60,771 nt of DNA from a bacterium (GTDB lineage Bacteria > Zhuqueibacterota > Zhuqueibacteria > JANLFK01 > Oleimicrobiaceae). A model generated the notes under the pieces. It had not been told where the DNA came from. It did no database searches and saw only the letters and a program-made list of their open reading frames with translations. Both the position numbers and the translations under genes were made by a program. Positions within the stretch are counted from its first letter, which is position 1. Every line of letters begins with the position of its first letter. Shown one piece after another: positions 18,576 through 27,549 of this stretch. The stretch lies in NCBI GenBank assembly GCA_037445575.1, contig JBBIKH010000002.1, positions 9,509 to 70,279 of the forward strand. Reading direction: 5' to 3'.

Positions 18576-19617
18576 CTTCGCTGCTCCCAGGAGGCCTCCC
18601 CGGGCCGAAATGGTCCCATCCGACCATGCCCAGCGGCAGCATCTCGCCGCTCTCCAGGCGAAGCTGTACGCCGTGCTCAGGGCTCACGATCTCCCCCACT
18701 CTGCTCAGGGCCAGACCGAACTTTTCTTCGAACAGCGGCTGAATTCGGCGTACCTCGCTGTCCTCGGCGGTGAAGAGGAGCTCAAAGTCCTCTCCGCCTC
18801 CGAGGGCAAAGTCGGCGGGCCTCTTGCCGAGCTGAGCGGCAACAGCTTGGGCTTCCGGGGACATGGGGATGAGCCCTTCCTCCACCACTGCCCCTACACC
18901 CCCAAGGCTACAGAGGTGATGCACCTCTGAGGCCAACCCATCGCTCACGTCAATCATGCTGGTCAGGTGCAGCTCCTCACGCAGAAATAGCGCCTCTTGC
19001 ACGCGCGGCAAGGGTTGGAGGTGTCGCGCCACGACGGCAGGGAACTTGTCGGGTGGGAAGGCTGTGGGCGTGCTGAGCACAAGCAGACCAGCATGTGCCT
19101 GACCGAGCACACCGGTCACATAGAGCCCATCGCCCACCCGTGCCCCTGCCCTGCGGACAATTGCCTGGGCCGGCGCTGTCCCAAGGACCGTAATGGATAG
19201 GAACAACCTATCCGGCGAGATGGTGGTATCGCCCCCCATGATGCGCACCCCATATCTGCCGCCCAGAACGACCATCCCTCGATACAGATCCTCCACCTTT
19301 TCCACCTCCAGCGAGGAGGGGATGGCGATGGAGACCACCGCGTACTGGGGCTCAGCGGCCATGGCGGCCACGTCGCTGATGTTGGCCGCCAAGCTCCGCC
19401 ACCCAAGCTGATGAGGGGTGAAGTAGTCCCACCGGAAGTGCACCCCCTCTACCAGGGCATCGGTGGTCACTACCACAAGCTCATCCGGGCGGGGGCGAAA
19501 GGCGGCCGCATCGTCGTCGATGCCCACCACCACCTCGGCGGGGGGCTCGCCACATATAGCTTTCAGCCGCGCAATGAGGCCGAACTCTCCGATTTCAGCA
19601 AGGCGCATGTGGGCCAT
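18562..19617 (-). CDS. thiL: Thiamine-monophosphate kinase
   Basis: MAHMRLAEIGEFGLIARL..GIDDDAAAF..VVTTDALVEGVHF....LGWRSLAANISDVAAMAA..GGDTT is the AIR-synthase-like ThiL pattern. The ATG at 19617 shares 1 nt with the yjbQ stop. The track start at 19641 is an extension. Confidence 0.85.
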   Translation of the reverse strand: MAHMRLAEIGEFGLIARLKAICGEPPAEVVVGIDDDAAAFRPRPDELVVVTTDALVEGVHFRWDYFTPHQLGWRSLAANISDVAAMAAEPQYAVVSIAIPSSLEVEKVEDLYRGMVVLGGRYGVRIMGGDTTISPDRLFLSITVLGTAPAQAIVRRAGARVGDGLYVTGVLGQAHAGLLVLSTPTAFPPDKFPAVVARHLQPLPRVQEALFLREELHLTSMIDVSDGLASEVHHLCSLGGVGAVVEEGLIPMSPEAQAVAAQLGKRPADFALGGGEDFELLFTAEDSEVRRIQPLFEEKFGLALSRVGEIVSPEHGVQLRLESGEMLPLGMVGWDHFGPGRPPGSSEDELS

Positions 19618-20021
19618 CACCCTGGGATCACCTTGACCCACACCTGCCGGGTGCGTGGGCCGTCGAATTCGCAGAAAAACAGCGACTGCCAGGTCCCCAA
19701 CTTCAGGTGGCCGGCTTGAACCAGCACTGTGGCAGATGAGCCGAGCAGCGAGGCTTTGATGTGCGCCGCCGCGTTCCCTTCCATGTGCCGGTAGTTGTCG
19801 GCAAACGGGACCACCTTCTCAAGCTCGGCGATGATGTCACGCCGCACATCAGGATCGGCATTCTCGTTGATCGTCACCGCCGCCGTGGTATGAGGGACGA
19901 AGACCACACACACCCCCTCGCTTACCCCACTGGCAGCCACCGCCTTCTCCACCTGGGCATCGATGTTCACAAACTCGCACCGGGCATTGGTGCGCAACGA
20001 GAACTGGTACAGCTCCGCCAT
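19617..20021 (-). CDS. YjbQ/UPF0047 family protein (secondary thiamine-phosphate synthase-type)
   Basis: 134 aa. CVVFVPHTTAAVTINENADPDVRRD..HMEGNAAAHIKASLLGSS..V....G.L.LGTWQ.....EFDGPR.R is the conserved YjbQ pattern. Confidence 0.85.
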   Translation of the reverse strand: MAELYQFSLRTNARCEFVNIDAQVEKAVAASGVSEGVCVVFVPHTTAAVTINENADPDVRRDIIAELEKVVPFADNYRHMEGNAAAHIKASLLGSSATVLVQAGHLKLGTWQSLFFCEFDGPRTRQVWVKVIPG

Positions 20022-21307
20022 CAGGTCTTCCTCTTTCTCTGCTTTGCTGCCGGGAAAAGTATGTTGTTGAGGATGAGCCGATAACCGGGTGAATTCTTGT
20101 GCAACGCCAGCTGCGTCGGGGGATCCCCCACGAGGTGCTGGTAGTCCTCCGGGTCGTGCCCTCCCAGGAACGTGAAGGTCCCTTTGCCGACATTGCCGTG
20201 GATGTACTTGACCTGGTCGGTGCCCTCCGCCTCCGCCAGGATGGTCACCGCCCTTTTGATCAACTCCTTTTTGAAGCCGGTCGTCTGGCCCATAAACCCC
20301 TTCACCACCGAAACGTGATTCTGCGTGAGCATGCAGGGCACCGGGTCGTATTTGGCGGAAAAGTCAAACAGGGTGAAATAGTCGGCTTCTGCCCCGCGCA
20401 GCACCGGCGCGTAGCTTGGCGGCACATCAATGTCCGAAAACTCGTAAATGAGGGGATTGGTTTCCACCCGGAACCCCTCGAAGGCGACGCACTGGGAGTA
20501 GTCCAGACGCTGCTGACAATCCACTGCTGGCGGGTCGCCGTCAAAAACAGTGTCCACAATGTCAGTGTTTGCCGCGGCGAGAGCAATGTCGTACGAATCC
20601 GTGGCCGAACACATGGCGAAGACAAATCCCCCGCGCAGCATGTAATCTTTGATCGCCAACGCCACTGCACGCTTCAGTTCGGAGACCTTGGCAAAGCCCA
20701 GCTTGCTGGCCATTTCACGGTTGAGGGCCACCTCCTGCTGATACCAGGTCGTATTACGATAGCTCGCGTAGAACTTGCCAAATTGTCCTGTGAAATCCTC
20801 ATGGTGCAAGTGGAGCCAGTCGTACTTGTCAAGGTCGCCCCGCAGGATCTCCGCGTCCCAGACAACGGTGAAGGGGACCTCCGCGTACTCCAGCGCTAGC
20901 ATCACCGCGTCGTCCCACATCTCCTCCTTGGGAGGGGCGTAGATGGCAATGGCGGGGGCTTTTTCCAGCAGCACCACCTCCATATTCTCCGCCTCGATGG
21001 TGTGGTAGATGCTGCTCACCGCAGCCGCGTCAAGGTGGGCGAAACTCACCCCACGTAGGCGCAGCTCCCGCTCTACTGCGGGCGTCTCCCCGAGGAGGAA
21101 GGAACCGCCGCGGTAGTTCAGGAGCCATTCCACATCCATCCCCTGGTCCAAGGCCCAATAGGCGACGCCATAGGCCTTCAGGTGGTCCGTCTGCGTAAGG
21201 TCCATGGGGATAAGAATGCGTTGCGCGGCTACGTCCACCACTGCCAAGAAACAGGCAGCGCTGGTCACCACGGCAATAGCGAAGCGGTGCACCGTTGTCC
21301 TCCGCAC
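20021..21307 (-). CDS. Conserved secreted protein with a GATase1-like signature; from memory, this family is often labelled 'asparagine synthetase B' in FCB-group genomes
   Basis: 428 aa with a signal peptide (MRRTTVHRFAIAVVTSAACFLAVVDVAAQ). Conserved-looking blocks are ILIPMD..QTDHLKAYG, YDWLHLHHEDFTGQFGKF, GGFVFAMCSATDSYDIALAA, GGHDPEDYQHLVGDPPT and the tail GYRLILNNILFPAAKQRKRKT. The family assignment rests on recall, not a search. Confidence 0.55.
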   Translation of the reverse strand: MRRTTVHRFAIAVVTSAACFLAVVDVAAQRILIPMDLTQTDHLKAYGVAYWALDQGMDVEWLLNYRGGSFLLGETPAVERELRLRGVSFAHLDAAAVSSIYHTIEAENMEVVLLEKAPAIAIYAPPKEEMWDDAVMLALEYAEVPFTVVWDAEILRGDLDKYDWLHLHHEDFTGQFGKFYASYRNTTWYQQEVALNREMASKLGFAKVSELKRAVALAIKDYMLRGGFVFAMCSATDSYDIALAAANTDIVDTVFDGDPPAVDCQQRLDYSQCVAFEGFRVETNPLIYEFSDIDVPPSYAPVLRGAEADYFTLFDFSAKYDPVPCMLTQNHVSVVKGFMGQTTGFKKELIKRAVTILAEAEGTDQVKYIHGNVGKGTFTFLGGHDPEDYQHLVGDPPTQLALHKNSPGYRLILNNILFPAAKQRKRKT

Positions 21308-21387
21308 CAGACGATTGCTAACACGCGGCCATCATCCCACGGGTACAGAAACCTTCTTCCTCGGGTGGGTGCCTGGCCGCAGAGACA

Positions 21388-21627
21388 TCACCGCGGCGGC
21401 TTCTCCAGGTCGATGCCCTTGAGAAAGTCCTCGATCTCCTGGAGCGCCCGTGCCTCCATTTCGGGGGCATTCCCACCCGCTTCGTACTTTACACGAAAGG
21501 AGATGGCGTTCAGCTTCTTGTCCACGTCCACACCCCAGTTGATGTTGTAGTCCAGCACACCGAGGGCATGGATTCTCTCGAGGGCTTCTTCGGCCTTGAT
21601 GTGCTTGAGGTAAAAGGTTCGCACCAT
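21388..21627 (-). CDS. Small hypothetical protein (79 aa)
   Basis: A compact ORF starting 3 nt after the TPR gene stop. It has coding-like composition but no recognisable motif. Confidence 0.45.
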   Translation of the reverse strand: MVRTFYLKHIKAEEALERIHALGVLDYNINWGVDVDKKLNAISFRVKYEAGGNAPEMEARALQEIEDFLKGIDLEKPPR

Positions 21628-21630
21628 AGT

Positions 21631-23454
21631 CTACCGGTCTCCTTTTGGCTTCTTCGCCTCTAACTTTCCATCCAATGCACGCAGTCTCTTGCGCACTTGT
21701 TCCACGTACACGCTTGCAGGAAAGGTCACCAGGAGCTCCTCGTACGCTTTGGCGGCCCCGGCCTCGTCGGCGAGGTGCGTCTCCAGGAGTTCCGCCTTGC
21801 TCTTCAGCGCCAGCTCGCGCAACCTGCTATCGAGGAATCCTTTATAGACGCGGTCATATGCCTTGAGCGCCTTGTCGTACATTTCCCCTTCGGTGTGGAT
21901 GCTGGCAATCTCCATCCATGCCTCGTCGGCGATCGCCGGCGCAGGCTCCAGCTCGACCAAGCCCTCAAGGAGCTGCAGAGCGCGCTGCTGCTGCCATTGG
22001 CGACGCAACAGGCGCGCCTGGGCGAAGGTCTGTAGCCCGGCGCCGTCATCGCGGTTCTCATTGATAAGGAGCAGTAGTTCCAGCGCATCGTTCACCACCC
22101 TGCCGCTGCCCTGGGCGGCAACTCTGCTCAGGAGCACGGTGGCGCTATCCACATCGCCGGTTAGGAACGCCAGCTCTCCCATTTTGAACTGGGCCACCTG
22201 AGCCGCTTCGTTGTCAGCTGACCCAATGACGCGGGATGCCTGGCGGTACGCTTCCCACGCTCCCGGGATATCCCCCCCGGCCACCCTCGCATCGCCCAGC
22301 AACACGAGCGCGTTGCTCTGTTCATTGCCAGGTCGACACTCTTCCAGCAGCCTCCTCACGAGCAGCTGACAATTGGCCGGGTCGCGCAAAAAGCTGAGGT
22401 AGATGGAGGCTGCCTCCAGAAGCGCCGCGCACCCTTCCCGGGAACGGGGGTATCGATCCCTGACGGCGAGGAAGCCGTCAATTGCGGCCTGATAGCGCTC
22501 TGTCTCCTTCAACAGCACCCGCCGGTGGCACTCCGCCCGCCGGGGGAGCGGGCGGGGCGGGGAGCCCGCAAGTATCAGCGCATAGGCCTTTTCGGCAATG
22601 TCGTGGGCCCCCTCTTGTCTGGCAGTCTCCGCGAAGCCGAACAGTTCTGCCCCCAGGGCACCGCGATTGCGCTCCGTCTCGGCCACCAGCCGATCGATCT
22701 CCACAAAGTTTTCGAAAGCAAGCGGCCACCTGCGGCTTCGTACCCAAAGTGATGCCAGCACACGCCGTAGCTGAAGCTGGTGGGGAGAGGTGGCCAGCTC
22801 CTGCGTGATGACCTCTGCAGCCTCGGCAACCCCTTGCGCATCCGTAGCATATGAACCCACCCGGGACTGCACCACGCCCCACTGTTGCGGGTTCTCCCGC
22901 AGGAAAAGGAGGTTTTCCCGCGTCGCCTCCCGAAAGTTGAGACGGGCTGCGTAGAGGTCGGCAAGCTGGAGGGCGAACAGCGAGGGGCGTCCCATCCGCT
23001 CGCGCGCCTGCCGGTAGACGGCAATGGCCTCATCCAGCAGCCTGTTCTCGGTCAGACTGACGGCCACCAGCTCGTAAGCATTGAGGTTGCGGGGATGATC
23101 CTGCAAGACCTTGTTCCACTCCCGGAGAGCCTCCTTCTCCTGGCCTTTCCGGTAGAGCAGCTCCGCCCAATCTACTTGCGCCTGCAAGTCACCCGAGGAA
23201 AGCCGGCGTTTGATGACCGCTGCCAGCTCGTCGAGTCGGCCAAGGCGAAGAAGGTTCCGCCGCACGCCCTGGTAGGCCGCCACGTTCTGCGGATTTCTGG
23301 CATAGAGCGCTCCAAACACCTGCGCCGCGCGCTCGTACTGACCCACTGCCTCGTAATCGTAGGCCAAGCGGAGGCTGTCCGGAAGCTGTGCGGCCGCGCA
23401 CAGCCAGCCGAGCGCCATCATCAGAAAGACTACGCAGGCCCGCGTACCCCTCAT
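21631..23454 (-). CDS. Secreted TPR-repeat protein
   Basis: 607 aa with a signal peptide (MRGTRACVVFLMMALGWLCAAAQ) and many TPR-like units. The ATG overlaps the stop of the upstream gene (ATGA). Confidence 0.8.
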   Translation of the reverse strand: MRGTRACVVFLMMALGWLCAAAQLPDSLRLAYDYEAVGQYERAAQVFGALYARNPQNVAAYQGVRRNLLRLGRLDELAAVIKRRLSSGDLQAQVDWAELLYRKGQEKEALREWNKVLQDHPRNLNAYELVAVSLTENRLLDEAIAVYRQARERMGRPSLFALQLADLYAARLNFREATRENLLFLRENPQQWGVVQSRVGSYATDAQGVAEAAEVITQELATSPHQLQLRRVLASLWVRSRRWPLAFENFVEIDRLVAETERNRGALGAELFGFAETARQEGAHDIAEKAYALILAGSPPRPLPRRAECHRRVLLKETERYQAAIDGFLAVRDRYPRSREGCAALLEAASIYLSFLRDPANCQLLVRRLLEECRPGNEQSNALVLLGDARVAGGDIPGAWEAYRQASRVIGSADNEAAQVAQFKMGELAFLTGDVDSATVLLSRVAAQGSGRVVNDALELLLLINENRDDGAGLQTFAQARLLRRQWQQQRALQLLEGLVELEPAPAIADEAWMEIASIHTEGEMYDKALKAYDRVYKGFLDSRLRELALKSKAELLETHLADEAGAAKAYEELLVTFPASVYVEQVRKRLRALDGKLEAKKPKGDR

Positions 23455-26400
23455 GGCTTCTCCTTCCGGGCCAGTGCCTCAAAGTAAAGGCGGATGAGCT
23501 CCAGGTAGTCTGGCGTATAGCCCTCTTTCTGCGCGCGGAGCAAATCTTCGGCCAGGCTGCTCTTGGCCGATCCGAGGTCCGGCGGCAGTGGACCAGGACT
23601 GGCCCTTGGGATATTCTTGCCGGCCTGGGCCTGCCGCTTGCGGCTGAAATCGCGCTCGCGCACTGACCGCTGGCTGTCCAGGAGGCGGGACAGAATGCGC
23701 TTCTGGCGGTCCACCGTGCGCTGGTCAATTCGCTGCCCGGCCAGATCCTTGGCCACCTCTTCCATGTCCTTAGCCACCTGGTCCAGCCGCCCAAGAATGT
23801 CACGGCGCGCGCCCATCTCGCGCTGCAATTCCTCCAAAGACTTGCGGAGGGCCTCCTGTTGGGCGGCCAGTCGCGCCATCGCCGCCTGCTGCTCCAGAGT
23901 GTACTGCCCGCCCATGCCAAGCTCCAGCGTCTGCTGGTTTATGCCCTCCTGAGCCCCGGCCATATTCTGCAAGCGCTGTAGAAAGGTATCGAAGCCAAGC
24001 GCAGAACTGGCCGAGCTCACCTCCTCCATGGCGCGCAATAGCTCGCGCACCCCCTGATTGAGGGCGGCCATGGCCGTTGCTTGTGAGCTGACCGAGCCTG
24101 CCACGTTGCGCTGTTCCAGCGCAGCCACCGCCTTGGACATGCTCTCGTGCGCTTGCCCCATCGCCGCGCCCATCTGCGGAGAGACGTAAAAGGTGCGCTT
24201 GGCAAGGCTGTAGAGCTGGCTGGCCACGCGTTCCAGGGCAGCGTTGAGGTCGTTTTGCGCCTCGGCCAACTCCGGCAGGCGCGGGCTATCAGACCGGGCC
24301 TGTTCCGTCGCCTCCAACAGCTGTTCCTGCCACTGCGACAACTGCATCAGGTCGTGAGAACTCTTCTGCAGCGCCTTCAGTACCTCCCGTTTCTGATTCT
24401 GCGCCAGTGCGTTTTGCGCCTCCTGCAGCGTGGATGCCACCTGGTGCAAAAGGCTCGCAGCCTTCTGCCCGCCGGCTTTGGCTCCCCCCATGTTCTGCTG
24501 GCGGAGCATGGTACTGAGCTGCTGCATCTGCGACGCCAGGCCGGCTGAGTCCATCATTGCTGCGGCGCGCTCCACCTCAGAACGCGGCATGTCTGGGAAC
24601 TCGGCCATGGCCGTCGAGAGGTCGCGCAGATGCCTGGTCAACGCATCCGTCTGCTCGGCCAGCCTGCGCTGCTCCTCGGCCAGCTGCTTGGCATCGGCCG
24701 TGGGCTCTCCGGCCCTCTGGGCGATCTCCTCCTGCTGCCGGGCCGCTTCTGCCGCCCGACGAACCGCCTCATCCAGCTTCTGTTCGATTTGCAACCGCTT
24801 TAGCAGGGCGATGGTGCGCTCAATGGACTTGAGAAAATCCTCCTGTGACAGGCTGAACTTCTCCATGGCCTGCCGCAACCTGGCAGGGTCGATGTCGCGG
24901 AGGGCGCGCTGCAACTCCTCTATCGCCCGCCGCATCTCAGGGGTGGCGACTTCCTCAAAGAGCTGCTGTAACTCCTGGTACTTTTTCAGCGTCTCCAAGG
25001 TCACCAAGTCGTTGCGCTCCATGCGCTCGATCATCTGGTCCAGGCGTTGGCTCAGCTCCTGTAGCTCTTGCTGTAGGCGCTGTTGCGCATCGACCGCCTC
25101 CTCGACCTGCTTGCGCTCGCCCCAGTCCAATTCCGCGCTCCTCTTGAGCTGCTGCGACAGGCGCTCGAGCCGCTCTTTCAGCTCTTTGCTCTGCTCGTAC
25201 ACGCTCTCCAGCACCTCGGCCGCCTGCTCCTGGGTCTGCGCAACCTCCTGGTAAATCTCGTAGATCGATGGGAAGCGGACGCGGTACTCTTGGCTCTGCG
25301 CCACCTTTCGCCCGGAGACGATGTCATTGTCCCGCACTTCGGCCAGGTAGATCACTACGTCTTCTGGGATGAGGTTTAGAGTGGAAAGGTCCCAAAGGTA
25401 TTCCACGCGCACCTTGTCAGCAGCCGTGCCCAGGGGCAGTTGGATGCTACCACGACCGACCTCCAGCCCGTCGCTGCCGCGCACGTGACGGTACTGCAAC
25501 GCCAGCTGCGAAATGCCAAAATCGTCCTGTGCCTCGATGACAAGCGGCAGACTCATGTCCTCGCCTATGTCCACGTCCATTCCCGGCACCGGCACGCGCA
25601 CAAACGGGGCCCGGTCGGCCAATAGGTTCACGCGATACTCGATGGGGTTGGGGTCGGTGCGCCCGGCAAAGTCCACCAGACTGACGTGGTAGGAGGTCTC
25701 CTGGCTCACACGGAAGGCGCCTTCGAGGTTCACGCCGGAGATGCGCATCGGGAACTCGGCGCCGTCGCATAGGTGTAACGCGGCCTTGGTCACCGGCTTG
25801 TTCACCACAGCCCCCACGGAAACGATCGACCCCTTGAGGGCGAAGACGTCGCCCACGTTTTCATCCAGGAATTGGCTCGGCAGGCCAGTGTAGGCCGGCG
25901 GCTGCACAACCACGCGCAGCGTCCGCACCATTGGCAACTCGATCACCGCAACCCGATACTCCGGACTCTTGCTGCCACCAGCGGCGACGCGGTAAAAGAG
26001 CGTATCGCGGAGGGTCTTGAACTCAAACGAAAAGCTCGCCGGACCATCCTGATGCATGGGTTTGACAATCGGTGTGGCGTTCCCCTCCTCACGGTACGCG
26101 ATCGTAGCACTGCCAACCCTGCGCCCGGTCACCTGGACCGTGATCGTCAGGTCCTGGCCGCGCACCACTTCCGCGTTGCCGGGCGAGACTGCTAAGGTCA
26201 GTGATGGACCCACCACATAGGCAGTGCGCGGGTGAACCAGGCGAACCAGTGCACCTCCAAGTGCCTTGTGGAACAGCCCGAACAGCGCCACAGTGAGGGC
26301 CACAGCCAGCGCGCTCCGCCTCAGCACCCGACGTGCCTGTGCCCAGTCGACCTGTGCGGCAAAGTCCTCGCCCTCCAAGTCCCTCGCCACACGGCGGACC

Positions 26401-26810
26401 GCTTCCTCGATGAGCTCACTAGAATAGCGCTCCGGATTGTCCTCACGTCGGACGTACAGTTGGAGGGCATGCGCCAACCTCTCGCCCACCTGCGGATAAT
26501 GGGCACCCACTTGGTAAGCCAGGCTGATTGTGTCAGGACGGCTGCGTCGCAGTGCCAAATCAGTTAGCGGCCACGCCACCAGCAGCAAGAGGCTACTGCC
26601 CGTCAAGGCAAGGACCAGCGCAACGATCACCGCCCGGTATGCCCCTGGCAATGGCCACATCGCCTCCAGCGCCGCGGCGACTAACAGCAGCGCCGCGGCC
26701 GCGCCGGTCCACAGGCCCACTCCAGAAAGCAGATCCCGCAGCTTTTGTCGCTGCCGGAAGCGGTGCAACCGCGCCAGCAAGGAGCCATATGTCAGGTCAA
26801 TGCTGCCCAT
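23451..26810 (-). CDS. DUF4175-like membrane protein with a long coiled-coil C-terminal half
   Basis: 1119 aa from the ATG at 26810 (MGSIDLTYGSLLARL...). It has two or three N-terminal TM segments, a beta-rich middle (PPAYTGLP..., RAPFVRVPVPG...) and a roughly 500 aa Q/E/R/L-rich coiled coil. The track's extra 137 codons (26811-27221) overlap the DUF4159-like gene. Family assignment is by architecture and recall. Confidence 0.65.
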   Translation of the reverse strand: MGSIDLTYGSLLARLHRFRQRQKLRDLLSGVGLWTGAAAALLLVAAALEAMWPLPGAYRAVIVALVLALTGSSLLLLVAWPLTDLALRRSRPDTISLAYQVGAHYPQVGERLAHALQLYVRREDNPERYSSELIEEAVRRVARDLEGEDFAAQVDWAQARRVLRRSALAVALTVALFGLFHKALGGALVRLVHPRTAYVVGPSLTLAVSPGNAEVVRGQDLTITVQVTGRRVGSATIAYREEGNATPIVKPMHQDGPASFSFEFKTLRDTLFYRVAAGGSKSPEYRVAVIELPMVRTLRVVVQPPAYTGLPSQFLDENVGDVFALKGSIVSVGAVVNKPVTKAALHLCDGAEFPMRISGVNLEGAFRVSQETSYHVSLVDFAGRTDPNPIEYRVNLLADRAPFVRVPVPGMDVDIGEDMSLPLVIEAQDDFGISQLALQYRHVRGSDGLEVGRGSIQLPLGTAADKVRVEYLWDLSTLNLIPEDVVIYLAEVRDNDIVSGRKVAQSQEYRVRFPSIYEIYQEVAQTQEQAAEVLESVYEQSKELKERLERLSQQLKRSAELDWGERKQVEEAVDAQQRLQQELQELSQRLDQMIERMERNDLVTLETLKKYQELQQLFEEVATPEMRRAIEELQRALRDIDPARLRQAMEKFSLSQEDFLKSIERTIALLKRLQIEQKLDEAVRRAAEAARQQEEIAQRAGEPTADAKQLAEEQRRLAEQTDALTRHLRDLSTAMAEFPDMPRSEVERAAAMMDSAGLASQMQQLSTMLRQQNMGGAKAGGQKAASLLHQVASTLQEAQNALAQNQKREVLKALQKSSHDLMQLSQWQEQLLEATEQARSDSPRLPELAEAQNDLNAALERVASQLYSLAKRTFYVSPQMGAAMGQAHESMSKAVAALEQRNVAGSVSSQATAMAALNQGVRELLRAMEEVSSASSALGFDTFLQRLQNMAGAQEGINQQTLELGMGGQYTLEQQAAMARLAAQQEALRKSLEELQREMGARRDILGRLDQVAKDMEEVAKDLAGQRIDQRTVDRQKRILSRLLDSQRSVRERDFSRKRQAQAGKNIPRASPGPLPPDLGSAKSSLAEDLLRAQKEGYTPDYLELIRLYFEALARKEKP

Positions 26811-26814
26811 GCCG

Positions 26815-27549
26815 CTAGTGGGTAAGAGCGTAGAGCATGATATTTGTGCCCATCTGCAACGCTTCCAGGCGTTTCTCAGGAGGGTCTCCGTGAACCTCAG
26901 GGTCAACCCAGCCATCGGAGATATTGGTCTCGTAGGTGTAATACACCACCAGGCGTCCCTCGTGGAACAACCCAAAGCCTTGCGGCGGTTTGCCGTCGTG
27001 TTCGTGGATCTTGGGTAGCCCCTGCGGGAAGTGGAAGTGCATGTGGTAGATCTCGTGCGAAAAGGGTAGCTCCACCAGGCGTTTGTCCGGGAAGACCTTG
27101 GCCATCTCGCTCCGGAAGAAGCTGTCCATCCCGTAATCGTCATCTGCGTAGAGGAAGCCGCCGTGGGTGAGATAGTGGCGGAGCCGCTCCACCTCCTGTG
27201 GAGAAAAGACGATTCGCCCATGCCCGGTGAGATAGAGTACCGGGTAGGAGAAGAGCTTTTCGTCCATGATGCTCACCACTACCTGATCGCGAGCCACCCT
27301 CACGTTGGTCTGTTCCCCCATGAATTTGAGCAAATTCGGGATGGCAGATGGGTCGTTGTACCAATCGCCGCCTCCCGCGTAGCGAACGCGGGCAATGGTG
27401 AAGGCCTCACCCTGCGCCAGCGCCGCTAGGCACCAGCCACAGGCCAGCACGCACGCCAGCGGCGCCCACCCCCGGAGCCGAGACACGCGAGGTGTGCGAG
27501 GCTGGTACAAGGCTCTCTGTAGCCTGGGCGTCCGACGGTTCTTGTTCAT
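26815..27549 (-). CDS. DUF4159-like (GATase1-fold) secreted protein
   Basis: MNKNRRTPRL...signal...FTIARVRYAGGGDWYNDPSAIPNLLKF.....V......V......LF.YPVLYLTGHG...FS..E...LR.YL..GGFLYADD is the pattern I associate with DUF4159. The ATG at 27549 overlaps the M14 gene stop (ATGA). Confidence 0.7.
   Translation of the reverse strand: MNKNRRTPRLQRALYQPRTPRVSRLRGWAPLACVLACGWCLAALAQGEAFTIARVRYAGGGDWYNDPSAIPNLLKFMGEQTNVRVARDQVVVSIMDEKLFSYPVLYLTGHGRIVFSPQEVERLRHYLTHGGFLYADDDYGMDSFFRSEMAKVFPDKRLVELPFSHEIYHMHFHFPQGLPKIHEHDGKPPQGFGLFHEGRLVVYYTYETNISDGWVDPEVHGDPPEKRLEALQMGTNIMLYALTH

Noticed and set aside
26811-27221. The N-terminal 137 codons of track ORF 23451..27221 (1256 aa).
   Set aside because: This part overlaps the DUF4159-like gene out of frame and has odd W/R/T-rich composition. 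An ATG at 26810, 4 nt after that gene's stop, starts the plausible protein.
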